Origin: Kiritimatiellia bacterium
GTDB taxonomy: Bacteria > Verrucomicrobiota > Kiritimatiellia > RFP12 > DVOR01
Direction: 5' to 3'
DNA length: 64,000 nucleotides
Assembly: GCA_017531445.1 (NCBI GenBank)
Contig: JAFXKZ010000002.1
Coordinates: forward strand, 85,213 to 149,212
Positions 19,501 to 28,873 of the stretch are shown here, piece by piece; position 1 is the first letter of the stretch, and every line of letters starts with the position of its first letter. The notes under the pieces were generated by a model. That model did not search any database, was not told the origin of the DNA, and saw only the letters and a list, made by a program, of their open reading frames with translations. A program made the position numbers and the translations under genes.

Positions 19501-19628
19501 TGGAATGCGGGTAAACACCTTTGCTATGCGGCGAAAAGCAGGCGAAAACGTGCATTTTTTCAAAACGTTTTGCCACGTGTCGAAAGGATGTCTGCGCAGG
19601 GGAAGATCAATCCCGGCGAAGTTGCGTC

Positions 19629-19669
19629 TCAAAGTCGCCGGGATTGCGTTCAAGAATCGGCGACTTTGA
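19629..19669. repeat. Intergenic inverted repeat (terminator or relative of the dispersed element)
   Basis: TCAAAGTCGCCG-17 nt-CGGCGACTTTGA. Confidence 0.5.
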
Positions 19670-19794
19670 AGTGACGTTTCGGCGAAACGCAAAATCAATC
19701 TCGCTTATGGTGTTTCAACACATCGGGCGAGCGGACGTGAGACAACCGGGAATTGCTATTGAAAGCAGTGTGGGGAATTTGGACATGATGTAAA

Positions 19795-20265
19795 TTATGT
19801 TTGCGGCGCGTTTCGCAAAGCTGCGTGCATCCATCGCAAGTCGCGGCGGCGCATGGCCCGGCGTTCTTCGGCGGTCGCATCATCGGCATCGGTGAGATGA
19901 TCGCATCCATGAGCGATGTAGAGGACGACCTCTTCTTCAAATGTTGTTGTGCCTAAACGCGCTGAAACACGGGCGGCTTCATCCAGATTGACGTAAAGCT
20001 CGCCGATAAGGCCCGGTGCTTCTCCGGGGAAAGCCTCATACCGTTGTGTGATGACATCTGTAGGCCCTTTGTGCCCCAAGATGGCGTCATTCACCTTGGC
20101 ACTCATCGCATCGTGAATCAGATGGATTGTCACTTCCTGCCATGGTGTCTCCGGTTTACTCCAACGTTCCGCTGCGTTTGCACAATAAGCAGCTGCGACT
20201 TCCAGACGCTTTTTCACGAGGGGGGGCGTGAGTTTGCCATGGAGTTCAAGGTGGATGTTGGCCAT
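19795..20265 (-). CDS. ybeY: rRNA maturation RNase YbeY
   Basis: GPTDVIT, GELYVNL and YIAHGCDHLTDADD (H-x3-H-x5-D variant). Confidence 0.85.
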   Translation of the reverse strand: MANIHLELHGKLTPPLVKKRLEVAAAYCANAAERWSKPETPWQEVTIHLIHDAMSAKVNDAILGHKGPTDVITQRYEAFPGEAPGLIGELYVNLDEAARVSARLGTTTFEEEVVLYIAHGCDHLTDADDATAEERRAMRRRDLRWMHAALRNAPQT

Positions 20266-20351
20266 GAGAGTGCTCGAAATTATAAAAGGATGCGATAAAC
20301 TTAAAAAGAAATGACGTACAATGAGTAACCGTCTCTAAAAATGAAATCGGC

Positions 20352-21074
20352 TCACCGCAACCGCGCAAGCACTTCGCATTCAGCAGCGTAGAGTGCGTCA
20401 AGGGCTTCAGTCGCCGAGGTCGCTTCCCGAAGTTTTTGCGTGATTTCGGTGTCGCGAATCATCATGCACAGACGCGCCAGAACGTGGAGATGGCTCATGT
20501 TTTCGCCGCAACACACCAAAAAGAACAAATCCGTGGGAGCATCGTCCTCCGCGCCAAACCAGATGGGCTTCCGGGTTCTGGCTACCAACATGAATGGTTC
20601 CATGATGAGGTATGGATCGGGATGATGCGGGTGCGGCAGGGCGATGCCTCCCGGCAAGGCGGTTGAAGAAACATTTTCGCGCGCTTCAAGCTGGGCAAGC
20701 ATATCGGCCGGATCACACAGAAGATCATGTGCTTCCGCGGCATCAACAAGATCGCGGATAACACTTTTCCGGGTCTTGGCCCGAAAGTCAAGATCGATAT
20801 ATTCCAACTTCAGCAGTTGGGGCAAAAGAATATCTTCACGGATATTTTTCACATCCATGCGTGTCGCAGCAGAGTGCTCCGGCGAGAGCGTTTTCGCACT
20901 TAACGAAAGGATTCTGGCCGAAGCCCAAGCATCCAGTTCGGATGCCTTGAAGACCACTTCCGCCCCTTGTTTGCGGCAGGGGACTTCGCCATATTTCACC
21001 GCATCACGGAGAATTTGCTCCGGGATCCGCAAACGCGCACAGGCTTCTTTGAATGAAAGTTGGCGATGAGGCAT
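20352..21074 (-). CDS. PTS IIA (fructose/nitrogen-type) protein with an N-terminal excisionase-like HTH
   Basis: LSFKEACARLRI HTH, then REN.SST..GGIALPHP, TDLFFLV and HLHVLARL. Confidence 0.85.
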   Translation of the reverse strand: MPHRQLSFKEACARLRIPEQILRDAVKYGEVPCRKQGAEVVFKASELDAWASARILSLSAKTLSPEHSAATRMDVKNIREDILLPQLLKLEYIDLDFRAKTRKSVIRDLVDAAEAHDLLCDPADMLAQLEARENVSSTALPGGIALPHPHHPDPYLIMEPFMLVARTRKPIWFGAEDDAPTDLFFLVCCGENMSHLHVLARLCMMIRDTEITQKLREATSATEALDALYAAECEVLARLR

Positions 21075-21081
21075 AGACAAA

Positions 21082-21681
21082 TCAGGGTTCAGAAGGAATC
21101 GGAATGACGCGGCTTTCCCCGAAATCTTCACTGTTGCCTTCTACGAGTACGGCTGTGACACCCGGACGATCTTCACGATGGCGCTGCAGTTGCAAGAGGG
21201 CAACACTGACAATCGGATCATTGACACGTTTCCCTTCCTGCTCGCGGATTTTACGGGTGATCGGGTTGCCCTCAATGCTGAACTGTTTATCTGATTTCAG
21301 GATAATCGGGTTGGCAATCCCATTCCATACATTCAGCCCGATGATTGAGACTTGATTGTAGTAATGAGGATTGTAGACAAAGAGAAGCACATTATTCTGG
21401 AAGTCAATGGAAGGAGTCAATGCGGTGTTATTTTTGGTGTAGAGACGCCACATTTTGGCAAAGGTCTCTTGATCGTTGATAATTCCCAAGCCATTCGCTT
21501 GATATCGTTCGGGGAGATCTTCATTGAAAAAGCGAATCGGGATATCGTATGAAGGCGTGTCTTGAACCGGAAGTTGGCAAGTGAGCGCGGCTTCATCAAC
21601 GTAGCGCGTCACCGTTGCGGCGCAACCGGTAAAGAAGAGCGCAGCAACGGCAATAAAGAGGAGCGCAGGGAGACTTTGCAT
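21082..21681 (-). CDS. Hypothetical lipoprotein
   Basis: MQSLPALLFIAVAALFFTG/C lipobox; lies in the purH-PTS IIA run. Confidence 0.6.
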   Translation of the reverse strand: MQSLPALLFIAVAALFFTGCAATVTRYVDEAALTCQLPVQDTPSYDIPIRFFNEDLPERYQANGLGIINDQETFAKMWRLYTKNNTALTPSIDFQNNVLLFVYNPHYYNQVSIIGLNVWNGIANPIILKSDKQFSIEGNPITRKIREQEGKRVNDPIVSVALLQLQRHREDRPGVTAVLVEGNSEDFGESRVIPIPSEP

Positions 21682-21697
21682 AGGCGGAGACTTCCTA

Positions 21698-22951
21698 TCA
21701 GTGGCGGAAGCTTCGCTGCCCGGTAAAGACCATCGCCACATCGTGCTCATTGCAACAATCAATCACATCCCAATCGCGAATGGCACCTCCCGGTTGGATA
21801 ATTGAAGTGACACCCTCACGGATGCCAACCATCGCGCCATCACGGAATGGGAAGAATGCGTCGGAGACCATCGCTGCGCCAATCAGTCCGCCCTTGGTTT
21901 CTTTGGCGAAAGCATCGCAAGCGGCGATTTGTGCAGCATCGGTCAATTCATTGTAGGGTTTGCCATATGTTTCGCGTGCAAAACGATCGGCCGTCTTGCG
22001 GTAGGCTTTGTCGCGGGCAATCTCAGCTACCCCTACACGGTCTTGTTCGCCGGTGCCAATCCCCACTGTAACACCATCTTTTACGAAGAGTACAGAATTT
22101 GAAGTTACACCACTTTCCACCAACCAACCGAAGAGAAGATCATCCATCTCCTGCGGTGTGGGCAGACGCTTCATACGGTGTTGCACACCGTCTTTATCTG
22201 TGATGTCTGGCGTAATCAATGCTTCGGCTGTGCGGGCCTCAGGGAGGAAACTCCATTGAGCAATAATGCCACCATCCATCATGCTTTTCATGTCAAGAAA
22301 GCGTTCGGTGGCATACGTCTCAAGACGCTCCATCGCGCCAATACGCATCACTCGGAGATTTTTCTTTGTCGCAAAGAGCGCAAGTGCTTCGTCGGTAAAG
22401 TCCGGAGCTACGACCACTTCAGCGTAATTCTGAGTGATAAGCTCTGCCGTTTCGTAATCACAAGTCCTGTTGAGCGCAATGCATCCGCCAAAGGCTGCAA
22501 GCATATCGGCCTTGTTGGCACGGTCGTAGGCTTCTGCAATCGTACTTCCTTTGGCTACGCCGCAAGGATTGTTGTGTTTAATGATAACCGCGCACGGTGT
22601 TGCCGTCAGAAACCGAAGAATGTTGAGCGCATTGTCCGCATCGGTAAGGTTGATTTTCCCCGGGTGCTTACCGGATTGCAGTAATTCCACATCAGAAACA
22701 AGCGCGCGGCCGGGCTGGATTGTTGTTACATCCCCAAGCACAAGGTTGCCGTTTACCAAACGATACATGGCAGCTTCCTGGCCGGGATTTTCGCCATAAC
22801 GCAAGCCTTTCCGGACACCGTCAATCGTCCACGCGACTTTCTCATAGATCAGAGTTTGACGCTTTTCTCCGTCAATGAACGCGATTTCCATACGGGGGGT
22901 GAAGTGATCGTCCATGACGGTTTTATAGGCTGCTTTAAGATCCGTTGCCAT
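21698..22951 (-). CDS. purH: AICAR transformylase-domain PurH-like protein lacking the N-terminal MGS-like IMP cyclohydrolase domain
   Basis: LRYGENPGQ, IKHNNPCG, AFGG, TSNSV, GIGTGEQDR, SDAFFPFRD, IQPGG and FTGQRSFRH. Confidence 0.8.
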   Translation of the reverse strand: MATDLKAAYKTVMDDHFTPRMEIAFIDGEKRQTLIYEKVAWTIDGVRKGLRYGENPGQEAAMYRLVNGNLVLGDVTTIQPGRALVSDVELLQSGKHPGKINLTDADNALNILRFLTATPCAVIIKHNNPCGVAKGSTIAEAYDRANKADMLAAFGGCIALNRTCDYETAELITQNYAEVVVAPDFTDEALALFATKKNLRVMRIGAMERLETYATERFLDMKSMMDGGIIAQWSFLPEARTAEALITPDITDKDGVQHRMKRLPTPQEMDDLLFGWLVESGVTSNSVLFVKDGVTVGIGTGEQDRVGVAEIARDKAYRKTADRFARETYGKPYNELTDAAQIAACDAFAKETKGGLIGAAMVSDAFFPFRDGAMVGIREGVTSIIQPGGAIRDWDVIDCCNEHDVAMVFTGQRSFRH

Positions 22952-22970
22952 AACCGCTCCAAAATAAAAA

Positions 22971-23047
22971 TGGTGCGAAAGACGAGGGTCGAACTCGTAA
23001 CCTTTGGCTTCGGAGGCCAACGCTCTATCCAATTGAGCTACAATCGC
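22971..23047 (-). tRNA. tRNA-Arg(CCG) with encoded CCA
   Basis: GCGATTG-TA-GCTC..GAGC D arm, TTGGC-CTCCGAA-GCCAA anticodon arm, ACGAG-TTCGACC-CTCGT T arm, CTTTCGC-A-CCA. Confidence 0.93.
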
Positions 23048-23175
23048 ACGTGAATGGGCGAAAGTATATCAAAGTGGGCGACTTATAGCAAGCGTATATT
23101 CCTGATCCGGTTACCTGACAGCTGGCTTGGAGGGGTGAACACTTGTTCGGAATCTCTTTCCGGTGGGGACTTTTT

Positions 23176-23204
23176 TTGAAAAGCGTTGCAACCTTTGCTA
23201 CAAT
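23176..23204 (+). promoter_or_regulatory. Sigma70 promoter for the CDF transporter operon
   Basis: TTGAAA-17 nt-TACAAT with TGn extension. Confidence 0.6.
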
Positions 23205-23219
23205 AATGCAACTGCGCTT

Positions 23220-24140
23220 ATGAAGACGTCTGCGTATGATACGCTTGAATCAAGAACCGCACGGGCCAACAGAGTCACGTGGTGGTCGGTTGTTGTTAAT
23301 GCCGTGTTGGTATTGGCAAAGGTTGTTGCAGGCATTCTCGGGCACTCTTCAGCTCTGATTGCAGATGCATTGCATTCTGTTTCGGATTTTGCCACAGATT
23401 TTGCTGTTTTGATTGGTATGCGACTGGCCCAACGCCCGCAGGATGGCGATCATCCCTATGGGCATGGGAAGTATGAAACGCTGGCTGCTGCGATTGTGGG
23501 AATCGTGTTGGCGGTTGTTGGAGGAGGAATCCTCGTCCACACTGGTGAAGTCTTTGTTGCAGCATGGAAGGAAGAGATTTATCCGGTGCGTCCATCTGTA
23601 TTGGCTTGTTGGGCGGCGGTGTTCTCGTGTGTGGTGAAAGAGGTGCTGTATCAAGTCTCGGTGGATGTGGCGAAGAAAACGCAGAATGATGCGCTTTATG
23701 CGAATGCCTGGCATCATCGCAGTGATGCGCTTTCATCGGTTGGAACGGCTCTTGGTGCAGGCGCAGCGGCGGTATTGGGTGGGCAATGGGTGTTATTGGA
23801 TGCGCTGTCAGCGGCGGTGGTGGGTGGCATCTTATTGAAAATTGCTTTTGATATTGTGCGGGACTCTTTGGACAAGTTGATGGAACAGGGAATGTCCATT
23901 GAGGAGAATCGTCAGATTTATGAACTTGTTCATGCGGTGCCGGGGATTTCGGAGCCTCATCACTTGCGGTCGCGCCGGGTAGGAGCGGTGGCAGTGATTG
24001 AATTGCACTTCCGGGTGCATCCGGAGATGACGGTGCGCGAGGGGCATAACCTTGCAACACAGGTTGAACAGAGTTTACGGACGGTTTTTGGAATGGATGC
24101 GATTGTAACCGTGCATGTTGAACCCCAGAAAGGGGTGTAA
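23220..24140 (+). CDS. Cation diffusion facilitator family transporter (FieF-like)
   Basis: ADALHSVSD, HPYGHGKYE, AWHHRSDA and VTVHVEP. Confidence 0.93.
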   Translation: MKTSAYDTLESRTARANRVTWWSVVVNAVLVLAKVVAGILGHSSALIADALHSVSDFATDFAVLIGMRLAQRPQDGDHPYGHGKYETLAAAIVGIVLAVVGGGILVHTGEVFVAAWKEEIYPVRPSVLACWAAVFSCVVKEVLYQVSVDVAKKTQNDALYANAWHHRSDALSSVGTALGAGAAAVLGGQWVLLDALSAAVVGGILLKIAFDIVRDSLDKLMEQGMSIEENRQIYELVHAVPGISEPHHLRSRRVGAVAVIELHFRVHPEMTVREGHNLATQVEQSLRTVFGMDAIVTVHVEPQKGV

Positions 24141-24176
24141 TAATAGGTTGCAGTGCGGAAAAGTTGGAGTAGAAGA

Positions 24177-25724
24177 ATGAGTAAAACGAAGAGCTTTTTG
24201 AATTTACTGATTGTGCTTTCACTCTTTTGTGCGCCAATGGTGAAGGCAGGGTTGTTTGGCGAGAGCGAGGAAGAAAAGGAAGCTCGGATCGCCAAGCATG
24301 TGGCTGAGGTATTGCGCGAACCGAATAAAGTAATTGCGCAAGCACAGGATGCTGTGGAGAAAAAAGACATTGAAGAGGGGATTCGTCTTTTCCGGAAAGC
24401 TCAAGCACTGTTGGAAGCGGTGGAAGCGAAAGAGGATACATCCGGGAGTGCATTTGCATCGCTGAGATTAAAAAAGTTTCACTGTATTTCAATGCTGGAT
24501 GCATTAGTGCTGAAGCAGTCGGAGGTGATGGATGTGCGGCAGGCGGTTACCGATACATCCGAACTTGCGGCACGGTTGCGTCAGGAAAGGGAAGCATTGG
24601 CGCGTGAAGCAGAGAAATCGGAAAATCAAAATAATTTACCTCGCCCGCCAACGCTTGCAGATCAGTTGGCAGTAGAAGAAGGAAAATTGAATGTGGCGCG
24701 AGCGCAGTTGGAACGTCTTCAAATGGAGCAGCAGAAAATAAGGGCAGACGAACAGCGCGCACAAGAGGCGTTTGCTGTGGCGGCACGTCTGCATACTGCC
24801 GCAGATACAAAGGCTTTTATGGCAGATCAAGCGGTGAAAAAAGCCGAAAAGGAAGGTGCCTCAAAAGCGGTGCTTGCACCATTGATTAACGACTTAACGG
24901 TGGCTCAAAAAGCATTGGATGAAGCAAAAGCGGCATTACAAACGGCGAAAACGTTTCGTCAGTCCGCTATGACGGCAGTGGAAGAGATGGCAAAACGAGT
25001 TCACGCAAGCGAAGAAGAAGTGGCTCAGGCGCAGCGATCAGTTGATGTGTTGCGGAAGGCAATGGCAGATGAGGCGGAGGCAAAACGAAAGAAAATCGCT
25101 GCAGAAAAAGCGAAGCAGGAGGCAGAACAACAACGACTGGCCGCAGAAAATCTGAAGAAAAAGCAAGCAGAAGCAGAAGCTGCAGAGCGTGCGAGAGCGC
25201 AAGCCGAAAAAGTTGCAATTGCCCGGGATGCTGCAGCGAAAGCTAAAGCGGAAACGGAAGCAAAAGCCTTGCAGAGCGAATTGCAGGTGTGTGAAGAATT
25301 GTGGCGAATGAAGCGAATTGAGTCTTTTGAAAAGAGGATTGGAGAGGCTCTTGTTAAATGGCCGGAATCACAGGAGTTGATGGTACAGTTGGCGCGGTTG
25401 CGTTTGGTGCAAGGGCAGGAAGAAGACGCACTTGAATTAGTTGCAATGATTTCCAATGCCGGCGAAACCGGGAAACAGGCTGCATTTGTTGCAGCGGGTG
25501 CATACATGGTGAAAGGAATGCCGCTTGATGCAATGAAGGTGTTGGAACCGGTAATGCTTGCCAATCCAAAGGATCCGGATGTCTTTTATAATATGGCAGT
25601 GGTGCTTGTGCGCCTGCCGGAAGTTGATCCCCATCGTGAAATTGCGGCAAAGTATTACACTAAAAGTATTGAGTTGGGCGGCAGACGTTCGCTGGTGTTG
25701 GAACGTCGGTTGGAAATGGAGTAA
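24177..25724 (+). CDS. Secreted coiled-coil protein with C-terminal TPR-like repeats
   Basis: Signal peptide (LIVLSLFCAPMVKA), long Ala/Glu/Lys coiled coil and DPDVFYNMAVVL...YYTKSIELGG. Confidence 0.65.
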   Translation: MSKTKSFLNLLIVLSLFCAPMVKAGLFGESEEEKEARIAKHVAEVLREPNKVIAQAQDAVEKKDIEEGIRLFRKAQALLEAVEAKEDTSGSAFASLRLKKFHCISMLDALVLKQSEVMDVRQAVTDTSELAARLRQEREALAREAEKSENQNNLPRPPTLADQLAVEEGKLNVARAQLERLQMEQQKIRADEQRAQEAFAVAARLHTAADTKAFMADQAVKKAEKEGASKAVLAPLINDLTVAQKALDEAKAALQTAKTFRQSAMTAVEEMAKRVHASEEEVAQAQRSVDVLRKAMADEAEAKRKKIAAEKAKQEAEQQRLAAENLKKKQAEAEAAERARAQAEKVAIARDAAAKAKAETEAKALQSELQVCEELWRMKRIESFEKRIGEALVKWPESQELMVQLARLRLVQGQEEDALELVAMISNAGETGKQAAFVAAGAYMVKGMPLDAMKVLEPVMLANPKDPDVFYNMAVVLVRLPEVDPHREIAAKYYTKSIELGGRRSLVLERRLEME

Positions 25725-25727
25725 ACA

Positions 25728-26282
25728 ATGATTGATCCGATGGAAGAAAAAACATTAAATACACGACGAATCTTTGAAGGGCGGGCGTTGACGATTGATG
25801 TTCTTGATATAGAGTTGCCAACGGGGCGCACCTCTACACGTGAAGTTTTGCGCCATCGTGGAGCCGTTTGTATTTTGGCACAACATCCCGATGGCGATTT
25901 TGTGCTTGTACGTCAATATCGCAAGGCTGTGGAAAAAACACTTTTGGAATGTGTTGCCGGGTGTATGGAAGCAGGAGAAGCTCCGGAATCGGCTGCAGTG
26001 CGTGAAACACGCGAAGAGAGTGGATATGAAGTGGAGACATTGTTCCCACTTGGGAAATCGTTGCCTGCGCCGGGATATTGTGATGAAGTGCATTATCATT
26101 TTTATGCGCGCCTGAAGCCTCTTGCCGGAGAATTGCAATTGGATACCGATGAAAATCTGAAGCCGGTATTGCTTTCGGAAGAAGCGATTGAATCGGCAAT
26201 AGAAACCGGAGAGATTGATGATGGCAAAACAATCATCCTGTGGGATTTTTACAAACGTGCGAGAAAGCGTGGTGCTGTATGA
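25728..26282 (+). CDS. NUDIX hydrolase (ADP-ribose pyrophosphatase-like)
   Basis: Nudix box AGCMEAGEAPESAAVRETREESG, VRQYR and IDDGKT. Confidence 0.9.
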   Translation: MIDPMEEKTLNTRRIFEGRALTIDVLDIELPTGRTSTREVLRHRGAVCILAQHPDGDFVLVRQYRKAVEKTLLECVAGCMEAGEAPESAAVRETREESGYEVETLFPLGKSLPAPGYCDEVHYHFYARLKPLAGELQLDTDENLKPVLLSEEAIESAIETGEIDDGKTIILWDFYKRARKRGAV

Positions 26283-27073
26283 AGCATTCAGAGCTCTCGG
26301 AACATCCACAAGCGCAATACTGGAACGCTATTTCGGATTATTATCGTCATATTACGCGTATTGATGCAGATGATTTTCATTATGGTCCATTGTTGGCGGG
26401 CGAACGGGAACTTTGTCTTTTGCCGCCGCTTGTTGCCGGGATGACCGCTTTGGAGTTGGGGTGTGGAGAGGGGCAAAACAGCCGTTGGCTTGCACGAAAA
26501 GGATTGAAATGTATTGCCGTTGATATCTCGGAAGGTCAATTGGAATATGCTAGGAGGGATGCCGAAGCGGAAGGTCTTTCAATTGATTTTCGCCAAGGGA
26601 CGATTGAAGCGTTTGAGGTAAACGAAGAGTCCTTTGATTTGATTACGAGCTCGCATGCCTTTGAGTTTGTAGAGCAACCCTTTGAACAGATAAAACGAAT
26701 TGCCCGTTGGTTGAAACCCGGAGGAACGTTGATGATTTCAACGGTTCATCCCGTTTATAATGGCGAGTGGGTTTCGGCAGACGAGGAAGACGGCACCGAG
26801 ACTTGGGGGAGATTGTTGGTGAACTACTTTACTCCCATTGACGATGTGCGTGAACAACCGACAGGAGAGGGGCAGCCGGTGGTCTCCCGGGCATATCCTG
26901 TAAGTGCATGGTTTAACGCATTCCGCGCGGCAGGATTGGTGGTGGATCGAATAGAGGAGCCTCCGGCTTCTCAGACGCCTGCATATGCTTCGGATGACTG
27001 GCTGGAGGCAATGCAGGAATGTTCAGCCATTCCAACGACCATTATTCTTGTTGGGCATAAACCGAAGGTATGA
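26279..27073 (+). CDS. Class I SAM-dependent methyltransferase
   Basis: LELGCGEG, AVDIS, FDLI and LKPGG. Confidence 0.88.
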   Translation: MKHSELSEHPQAQYWNAISDYYRHITRIDADDFHYGPLLAGERELCLLPPLVAGMTALELGCGEGQNSRWLARKGLKCIAVDISEGQLEYARRDAEAEGLSIDFRQGTIEAFEVNEESFDLITSSHAFEFVEQPFEQIKRIARWLKPGGTLMISTVHPVYNGEWVSADEEDGTETWGRLLVNYFTPIDDVREQPTGEGQPVVSRAYPVSAWFNAFRAAGLVVDRIEEPPASQTPAYASDDWLEAMQECSAIPTTIILVGHKPKV

Positions 27074-27142
27074 GTTTTTCCGGAATTCTTATCCCGGAAA
27101 GATCGGAAGTGTACAATCATGCTTCAGGAATGCAAGGAGCCA

Positions 27143-28204
27143 ATGAAACCGGGTATTGAAACGTGGCTTGAACGGGTAAATTCAAAGTGGAACGTGGGAT
27201 TGCTCTCGCATCAGGCAGCCTTGCTCTCTACAGGTGAAACGTCTGCACAAGCCATGCGCCGAGTTTTCGGGACGCATTTCAAAGCTTTGTTCGGACCGGA
27301 GCACGGCTATTTCGGGGGGGCCGCTGCCGGGGAAAAAATGGCGCACACCCGCCATCCGTATTGGGATATCCCCGTCTATTCACTTTATGGTGCCGACCGT
27401 AAACCGACAGCAGAGATGCTGGACGGATTGGACTTGCTGGTGATTGATCTCCAAGATCTTGGCGTACGATGTTATACTTATTTGGCAACACTGTTGCTTG
27501 CCATTGAAGCGTGTGCCGAAAATGGTGTGCAGTGCGTGGTGTGTGAACGCCCCATTCCATTTCACGGCGTGGAAGACGGGCCCGTCGCTGAACCTTCGTG
27601 TTTTTCCTTTGTCGCCCCCTGTGCGTTGCCGTTTGTTTATGGTAAAACACATACTGAAGTGGCTGCGTGGGCAAATGCGGACGTCATTTTTGCGAAAATG
27701 CAAGGTTATGATGATCGGTTTACCTTTGAGCGTCCAACTGTTTTTCCGGAGTTCTTGCCGCCGAGCCCTGCAATTCGTACATGGGAAACGGCGCGTCTTT
27801 ATCCGGCGTTGGTTTTTGCCGAGGCCCTGCCGCAATACGACATTGGCCGGGGAAACGCGATGGCATTTCGGATGTTGGGGGCTCCTTGGATAAATGGTGA
27901 AGCATTCGCTGCTGCAATCAATCGGAAAACGATTCCCGGTATTCGCGCGTTTGACTACACACAGTCTTGCTCACAAGGTGCCGTGCGGTTGCAGATCGTG
28001 GATGATTGCATTTACCGTCCATGGCAGACGGCACGCGCATTGATTGAATTACTGCATGAGAATTATGGGGATGAGTATCTCTTTTCTCATCCCCAGGCGC
28101 GTCCTGCTTGGATGGCTAAACTTTGCGGGTCGCATCAATGGCATACGCACTTCCCTCAATTGCGTATTGCCGACTCCACGCAAACGCGCACTGATTTGCA
28201 ATAG
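27143..28204 (+). CDS. Exo-beta-N-acetylmuramidase NamZ (DUF1343) family
   Basis: LFGPEHG, PVYSLYG, DLQDLGVRCYTY, PPSPAI, YPALVFAE and GRG; AAGGAG RBS before ATG 27143. Confidence 0.85.
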   Translation: MKPGIETWLERVNSKWNVGLLSHQAALLSTGETSAQAMRRVFGTHFKALFGPEHGYFGGAAAGEKMAHTRHPYWDIPVYSLYGADRKPTAEMLDGLDLLVIDLQDLGVRCYTYLATLLLAIEACAENGVQCVVCERPIPFHGVEDGPVAEPSCFSFVAPCALPFVYGKTHTEVAAWANADVIFAKMQGYDDRFTFERPTVFPEFLPPSPAIRTWETARLYPALVFAEALPQYDIGRGNAMAFRMLGAPWINGEAFAAAINRKTIPGIRAFDYTQSCSQGAVRLQIVDDCIYRPWQTARALIELLHENYGDEYLFSHPQARPAWMAKLCGSHQWHTHFPQLRIADSTQTRTDLQ

Positions 28205-28569
28205 TCTTTAGAGAAGAGTCACTTAAACGTGTCGTTCCCCCTCAATACATATATGGGGCTTCACGTGGAATAATCGTAATTGCCCATCCGGCTGTTTGTA
28301 TTAACAGGCTTTCCAAAATCTTATGTAATTTATATCTCAATCTAAGTTGCTTTCCGAGTTGAAGTAAGTTTATTTTATGATGAAAGTAACTTACTTTGAT
28401 TTACCTCTTGTGTAGTGTCACTCTTTTGATTTTGGGGGATAAGCCGAAAACGTGAAAGCGTGTTGTGCTCCAGCAATTCAATGATTCCCTTTGGGAGACA
28501 CTAAAAACATTCCTTTGTTGCGTCCGCATAAAGCCATTTCTCTGCTTCCGTATAAATGGAACGCAACGC

Positions 28570-28598
28570 TTGCACTTTCGAAAGAGATGAGATACAAT
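28570..28598 (+). promoter_or_regulatory. Near-consensus sigma70 promoter about 270 nt upstream of the DUF2971-like gene
   Basis: TTGCAC-17 nt-TACAAT. Confidence 0.65.
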
Positions 28599-28604
28599 AC
28601 TATT

Positions 28605-28830
28605 GCATAGTTTGAGTTGCGATGAAGACGCGTTTGCGCCCTCTCATCACCTCAAGCGCAGAATAAATGCGTTAAACGCATACTTCTTCGTTCGATAGAA
28701 ACGACCAATTTCAAAGACAGAACGAAAGGTATTGCGGAGACGCGTTAGGGTTTCCTTGGCGTGTTATCTGACATGCTGGTTTCTGGCAAGGCTGTGGTAG
28801 GCCTCAGATGAGAACAAGACAATTCAGAGG
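28605..28830 (+). ncRNA. Candidate structured 5' leader or ncRNA (multi-hairpin, with a 14-codon uORF)
   Basis: Consecutive complementary segments: 28612-28655, 28667-28681, 28687-28726, 28740-28764 and 28766-28809. No family recognised. Confidence 0.35.
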
Positions 28831-28873
28831 CACGCCTTTTTTATGCCTTTGAATAAAAGAAAAGAGGCACGAG

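Noticed and set aside
22960-23160. Prophage or ICE integration at tRNA-Arg
   Set aside because: No integrase and no duplicated tRNA 3' end in the window; the flanking genes are housekeeping.
23296-24504. 402-aa minus-strand ORF and similar long antisense ORFs (5849-6763, 12722-13651, 55139-56275, and the 5' part of 11964-13247)
   Set aside because: These are shadows of well-supported genes on the opposite strand, with no recognisable motifs and atypical composition.
28762-28815. SAM-I riboswitch (TTATC...AGATGAG resembles P1)
   Set aside because: The interval is only about 45 nt and lacks the AGAG, GCAAC and GGTGC core elements; the downstream gene is unrelated to methionine.
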